Made by a program: the position numbers and the translations under genes | The notes under the pieces: generated by a model | What the model was told of the DNA's origin: nothing | The model's input: the letters and a program-made list of their open reading frames with translations, nothing else | Databases searched by the model: none | Shown: piece after piece, positions 61,083 to 64,000 of the stretch | Position numbering within the stretch: position 1 is the stretch's first letter | Layout: every line of letters begins with the position of its first letter | DNA from: a virus | Length of the DNA stretch: 64,000 bases | Virus record (IMG/VR): IMGVR_UViG_3300037470_000672 | Location: 96,001-160,000 of that record | Direction: 5' to 3' (one strand)

Positions 61083-61333
61083 TACGTCATCTCGGCGCGA
61101 ATGACCTCCAACCGCTGGTCGATCAGTGATTGGAGTTTCTTGCCCGCAGCGTGATGTTCTGCACTTTCAGCGATCATATGGCGCCGCCTGTACTTCACTC
61201 GGAGGATGTGCTCCAGGACCCCTCCCTCAGTCGGACGAGAGGCACCGAGCGTGAAAAAATCCGCGGCGTCGAGCAGGTTCAAGGTCTCGGTCAACAGAAT
61301 GATCTCGCGAAAATCCATGTGAAGCGGTCCCAT
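61082..61333 (-). CDS. Hypothetical protein
   Basis: ATG 61333 after GGAGAGG. Confidence 0.5.
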   Translation of the reverse strand: MGPLHMDFREIILLTETLNLLDAADFFTLGASRPTEGGVLEHILRVKYRRRHMIAESAEHHAAGKKLQSLIDQRLEVIRAEMT

Positions 61334-61427
61334 CTCTAATTCCTCTCCTTCGCACCCGCGGGGGCGTGGTGCGGGAGCCGATCCCCGCGTTGGCTGGTGC
61401 CGGGTGATGCGCCCGCCCGGCAAGCGG

Positions 61428-61643
61428 TCAGTCGTCGTCGATCACGGCCTGGAGATCGGCTCCTCGATCGGTCAGCCACTGCCGGATCGTCGGGTCCGTA
61501 TCCCCATCGCCGACGAGCACCTCGTCGAGGACGTCCCGCCTGTCGGCCACGGCGACGAGATCGGCTACGGTCGTCGGCACCGGACACCGGAGCGCCGTCA
61601 GCAGCCTGTCGTACAGAGAAATTGTGGCCATGTTGGTCGTCAT
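61428..61643 (-). CDS. Hypothetical protein
   Basis: 71 aa; AGGAGA RBS; overlaps the upstream gene stop. Confidence 0.55.
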   Translation of the reverse strand: MTTNMATISLYDRLLTALRCPVPTTVADLVAVADRRDVLDEVLVGDGDTDPTIRQWLTDRGADLQAVIDDD

Positions 61644-62011
61644 CGTCTTCTCCTGTGAGGGTTGTATCCGTCGTCGCAGCCCTCGTTGTAGAGGGCGTCA
61701 TGTCGGCGCGCTTTTGCCGCCCGCGTCGCCGCCGCTCGCCGCTCTTCAGCGACCAGCTCGCCCCACACACCTTCGATGGAGGCAGGGACGACGACAGCGC
61801 CGAGCAGGCGATGCTCGGCAGGGTCTTTTCCCGCGGCCTGTACCACCTGGCGGCAGTTGTCGGGGATGGGCCGCAGGCGCGTCGACAGGCCCACGCTGAC
61901 CGTCTTGCCGGCCGGTGTGATGATGGTCGCCAGCGATCCGGTCACGCGGATGATGTAGCCGGCGTGCTCGACCACGGCCCATCCCCGTCCGAGTGCGAAC
62001 GTCTCGATCAT
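61640..62011 (-). CDS. Hypothetical early protein
   Basis: 123 aa ending LYNEGCDDGYNPH. Confidence 0.6.
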   Translation of the reverse strand: MIETFALGRGWAVVEHAGYIIRVTGSLATIITPAGKTVSVGLSTRLRPIPDNCRQVVQAAGKDPAEHRLLGAVVVPASIEGVWGELVAEERRAAATRAAKARRHDALYNEGCDDGYNPHRRRR

Positions 62012-62043
62012 TTTACATCCCCTGTTTATCGGCGCCGGTGAGG

Positions 62044-62268
62044 TCAGCAGAGAAGGGCTCGGCCGGCATCGGTGATCTCGGCCGTTTGTGCGTCCCCCGT
62101 TCGGCGGAGCGTCACAAGGCCGCGATCGGCCAGGGACTGCGCCGTGCGATACCAGGCGCTGGCCACTCGCCCCGCGTTCCTGCCTCCCGTAAAGGGGGTT
62201 CGGTCGCCACCGGCCTGGGCAGCGGCGAGGAGCAGCTTTTGTTGTGGAGCGCTTAGCTTCGTGGTCAT
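62044..62268 (-). CDS. Small winged-helix-like hypothetical protein
   Basis: LSAPQQKLL...AQSLADRGLV...ITDAGRAL; first gene after the promoter at 62295-62323. Confidence 0.55.
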   Translation of the reverse strand: MTTKLSAPQQKLLLAAAQAGGDRTPFTGGRNAGRVASAWYRTAQSLADRGLVTLRRTGDAQTAEITDAGRALLC

Positions 62269-62294
62269 GGTGAAACTCCCGGTCGACTGAAACC

Positions 62295-62323
62295 AGTCTA
62301 GGAGATCACTTCAGCACTGTCAA
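62295..62323 (-). promoter_or_regulatory. Strong sigma70-type (early) promoter
   Basis: TTGACA-N17-TAGACT. Confidence 0.8.
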
Positions 62324-62442
62324 GCGGTAGGTTGCTGATCCAGATCAGGTTCTACCCACGCGGTAACCAGCTCACCGGGCGCCAACCTCCAGATAGCTGC
62401 GGCCAGGGTGATCTTTTCTTGTGGCGTGATCTGTACAATCAT
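62320..62442 (-). CDS. Small hypothetical protein (40 aa)
   Basis: MIVQITPQEKITLAAAIWRL...; ATGA overlap with the upstream gene. Confidence 0.45.
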   Translation of the reverse strand: MIVQITPQEKITLAAAIWRLAPGELVTAWVEPDLDQQPTA

Positions 62443-62771
62443 GGGCCACCTACCCCTGTTTCTCCTGTTTCTGACCGTGCGTCCACGTACATGAGGAAAG
62501 GAGGCGTTGGCGGACCGTCCAACCCGAGACGCCAGTACATGCGCTGGACAACGGTCTTGAACGCCTGGGTATCCCGGCGGCACAGGGACAGCGCCTGAGC
62601 ATTGCTCTTTTGCTCCAGATCGAGGAGCCGCTTGTACAGGTTGCTGTTCTCTTCTTGGAGGTTCAGCTTGATCTGAGACTTTTGAAGGAGCTGGTGTTGC
62701 CAGAGATTGAGCCACGCTGAACTGGCGAACATACCCCCTAAGAAGATCGCACAAGATAGGCCCAGTCTCAT
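62439..62771 (-). CDS. Hypothetical protein with N-terminal hydrophobic segment and coiled coil
   Basis: MRLGLSCAIFLGGMFASSAWLNLW... Confidence 0.5.
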   Translation of the reverse strand: MRLGLSCAIFLGGMFASSAWLNLWQHQLLQKSQIKLNLQEENSNLYKRLLDLEQKSNAQALSLCRRDTQAFKTVVQRMYWRLGLDGPPTPPFLMYVDARSETGETGVGGP

Positions 62772-63136
62772 GTTATCCGCCTGATCTCGATGCGCTCTCC
62801 GGTAGGGTTGTACGTCACCTGGACGTCTTCGCCCTTACTCACCCCTAATTCGTCCACGTTGACCACCAAAAAGTGCCCGTTTTTGTGCCGCTGCACGCGA
62901 CGAGTCACGACTCTCGTCCCGTCGGGACGAACAGACCTACCGCGAACAGACCTACCCACCCACTGTTCTAGGGGGCGGACATCTCGGCCCTGTGCCTTCA
63001 TTTCTCGCATAGCACGCAAGATTGACTCGGCGCCCACAGCCATTTCTTGGACGGCCTGAAGACCGCCCATCATGAAGGCGACCTGCACGTCGCGGTAGTC
63101 AGCGGAAGCGCGCTTCCGCCTTGGGCTACCAGGCAC
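62768..63136 (-). CDS. Paralogue of the 59585-60037 AbrB-like protein
   Basis: DYRDVQVAFMMGGLQAVQEM and LGVSKGEDVQVTY...IEIRR align with the plus-strand gene. Confidence 0.7.
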   Translation of the reverse strand: MPGSPRRKRASADYRDVQVAFMMGGLQAVQEMAVGAESILRAMREMKAQGRDVRPLEQWVGRSVRGRSVRPDGTRVVTRRVQRHKNGHFLVVNVDELGVSKGEDVQVTYNPTGERIEIRRIT

Positions 63137-63149
63137 CGATGACCCCTCG

Positions 63150-64000
63150 CTAGAGGTTCTTGAGGTACGTCAAGAACGACGCGGAGACGAGTCCTATCAG
63201 ATCCGACCCAAAAGTCGAGGTTGTCACACGCTTCCAGTGCCGAGGGTTCCAAAACATGTAGCTCAGCTCGTGGTCTCTCATGTCTCCGCCGATCACGACG
63301 CCTGTCACGTTGATGCCGCGCTGGCGCATACTGCGCACCTCGGAGCGGATGAAGGTCTGGAGGGTGGAGCTGTTGAACCAGCCTTTCCCAGATCCGTAGG
63401 TCGGCTGCCCATCGGTGATGACCACGAGCTGCTTGACGTCTTTGGACGTTTCCAGCTCGCGCCTGGCCACCCGGATAGCAGTGTGCAGCGGGGTAAGGCT
63501 GTTTTTGGCGCCGCCGAAGAAGTCGGTGTCCTTGTGGAAGCGATCGATGGTGACTTCCCCGTTATTGGTGGAAGCGAAACCCCATACAGACTGGTCAACG
63601 AACGGGAACCTGAGCGCCTTGGAGAGGACCCGACAGGCGCGGTTGGCCTGTTGCATCTTGGCCCCGTCCATGGACCCGGATTGGTCCAAGAGCAGCTTCA
63701 CCCGGAAACCCCTCCCCGAGACCTCGTGTCGGAACACCGGGTTGGGGAGACCAGTGATTCGTCTCTCGATCAGAGCGTTGACGTCCACCTCTGTGCCTGC
63801 GTCTTCGAGAGAAAGCCGCTTCTTGCCGAGCACGCGGTTGAAGATGGCGCGGAGCCGACGGACGGTGTCCTGATCTTCGGGTTCTAGTGGCTCGGGAGCT
63901 TTGGTAGCGGGCAGATCTGTGAAGGTCACCTTCGCCATCGCCCCCTGGGTCAGAAAGTCATTCCGAGACATCGCTCGACCCATAGCCTTGCGAGCATCGA
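63150..64000 (-). CDS. von Willebrand factor A domain protein (CobT/NorD-like), 5' end outside the window
   Basis: MIDAS LLLDQSGSM, LTPLHTAI, LVVITDGQP; frame open to the window edge. Confidence 0.85.
   Translation of the reverse strand, partial: DARKAMGRAMSRNDFLTQGAMAKVTFTDLPATKAPEPLEPEDQDTVRRLRAIFNRVLGKKRLSLEDAGTEVDVNALIERRITGLPNPVFRHEVSGRGFRVKLLLDQSGSMDGAKMQQANRACRVLSKALRFPFVDQSVWGFASTNNGEVTIDRFHKDTDFFGGAKNSLTPLHTAIRVARRELETSKDVKQLVVITDGQPTYGSGKGWFNSSTLQTFIRSEVRSMRQRGINVTGVVIGGDMRDHELSYMFWNPRHWKRVTTSTFGSDLIGLVSASFLTYLKNL

Overview
The window is a gene-dense slice of a large, high-GC tailed bacteriophage (myovirus) genome or prophage; nearly all genes are on the minus strand. In transcription order (right to left) it holds: (i) small early/accessory genes behind consensus sigma70 promoters, plus the 3' part of a vWA protein; (ii) a replication/recombination module with an HTH initiator carrying an iteron origin inside its gene, a DnaC-like loader, DnaB helicase, primase, SSB, SF2 helicase, RecA with a mini-intein, a Cas4-like nuclease, two resolvase-like nucleases, a ParB-like protein, a family A DNA polymerase and dCTP deaminase; (iii) a T4-like head module with terminase, a portal carrying two inteins, core proteins, a protease-scaffold fusion, a gp23-like major capsid protein, a free-standing LAGLIDADG endonuclease and gp13/gp14-like neck proteins; (iv) a contractile tail module organised like extracellular contractile injection systems, with sheath, two tube genes, a chaperone with a -1 slippery site, tape measure, LysM, hub, spike, gp25, baseplate J, a patatin phospholipase and LamG fibre proteins. 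Two families of dispersed non-coding motifs recur: a co-oriented ~33-bp hairpin motif (8 copies) and a 16-bp perfect palindrome (4 copies). No CRISPR array, tRNA, rRNA or integrase was seen. Functional calls come from motif recognition by eye, not database searches; several start sites were re-assigned from RBS or overlap context.
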